Shown here piece after piece: positions 63,732 through 64,000 of a stretch of 64,000 bases of DNA (position 1 is its first letter; each line of letters starts with the position of its first letter). Source of the stretch: Hemiscyllium ocellatum. Its lineage: Eukaryota. The position numbers and the translations under genes were made by a program. The stretch is from positions 661,291-725,290 of the forward strand of contig NW_026867481.1 in the NCBI RefSeq assembly GCF_020745735.1, given 5' to 3'. The notes under the pieces are model-generated. The model saw only the letters and a list, made by a program, of their open reading frames with translations. It had not been told where the DNA came from and made no database searches.

Positions 63732-64000
63732 GGTCCTTGTTCCAATGTTCCCTCATTCATATTACAAACAGACTCTGCACAGTAATACACCATGGTGTCA
63801 AACAGAAGGTGCTCCGAGTTTGTAAATCAGTACGTTGGGTAATATTCCCAATTTGACATTGGTCTGATCCGTGGTGCAGTGTTCTTGGAATTTAAACTGC
63901 AACACAGATAATAAACGCCCGATTGCAGGTCTTGGGAAAAGAGAATTCATGAGGACACACCCCACAGCATCCTAAAAATCTATTCCTTCTGATTGAGCAG
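63732..64000 (-). pseudogene. V pseudogene at the window edge, possibly IgH-V-like
   Basis: One minus frame gives SQDLQSGVYYLCCSLNSKNTAPRIRP...*FTNSEHLLFDTMVYYCAES. A nonamer-like ACAAGGACC lies 35 nt after the Cys-Ala codons (RSS-23 spacing), but the heptamer is unrecognisable. Confidence 0.5.

Noticed and set aside
1-64000. D, J or constant-region segments, and NAR-TCR V domains
   Set aside because: I saw no FGxG J motif with a 12-RSS, no C1-set exon and no IgNAR-like V. The scan was by eye, so short D or J segments could have been missed.

Overview
Eukaryotic, vertebrate genomic DNA, most likely a shark or other elasmobranch (HE1-type tRNA-derived SINEs, dense CR1 LINE and Penelope relics). 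The window is part of a T-cell receptor variable-segment array, most likely TCR alpha/delta. Three minus-strand V segments are intact (leader exon, phase-1 intron, V exon, 23-bp-spacer RSS) at about 7.4-8.0, 59.3-59.9 and 62.2-62.7 kb. Two of them are only about 60% identical in protein, yet both replace the hallmark Ig-fold residues Cys23 with Phe and Trp41 with Leu while keeping intact splice sites, RSS and a shared promoter layout. Several V pseudogenes or relics are also present, including a TCR-gamma-like one with an apparently intron-less leader and an IgH-like one at the right edge. Interleaved with the V segments, in the same orientation, is a small family of two-exon class A GPCR genes (GPR139/GPR142-like): one intact 322-aa gene and two pseudogenes. 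Other content: an internally deleted ERV with a tRNA-Pro PBS, hammerhead-type Penelope ends, a 3 x 91-bp hairpin-containing tandem repeat, and a duplication (1-6019 vs 24610-30637) that ends exactly at a 13-N gap and may be an assembly or haplotype overlap. All alignments, translations and identity estimates were made by eye; no database search was run.
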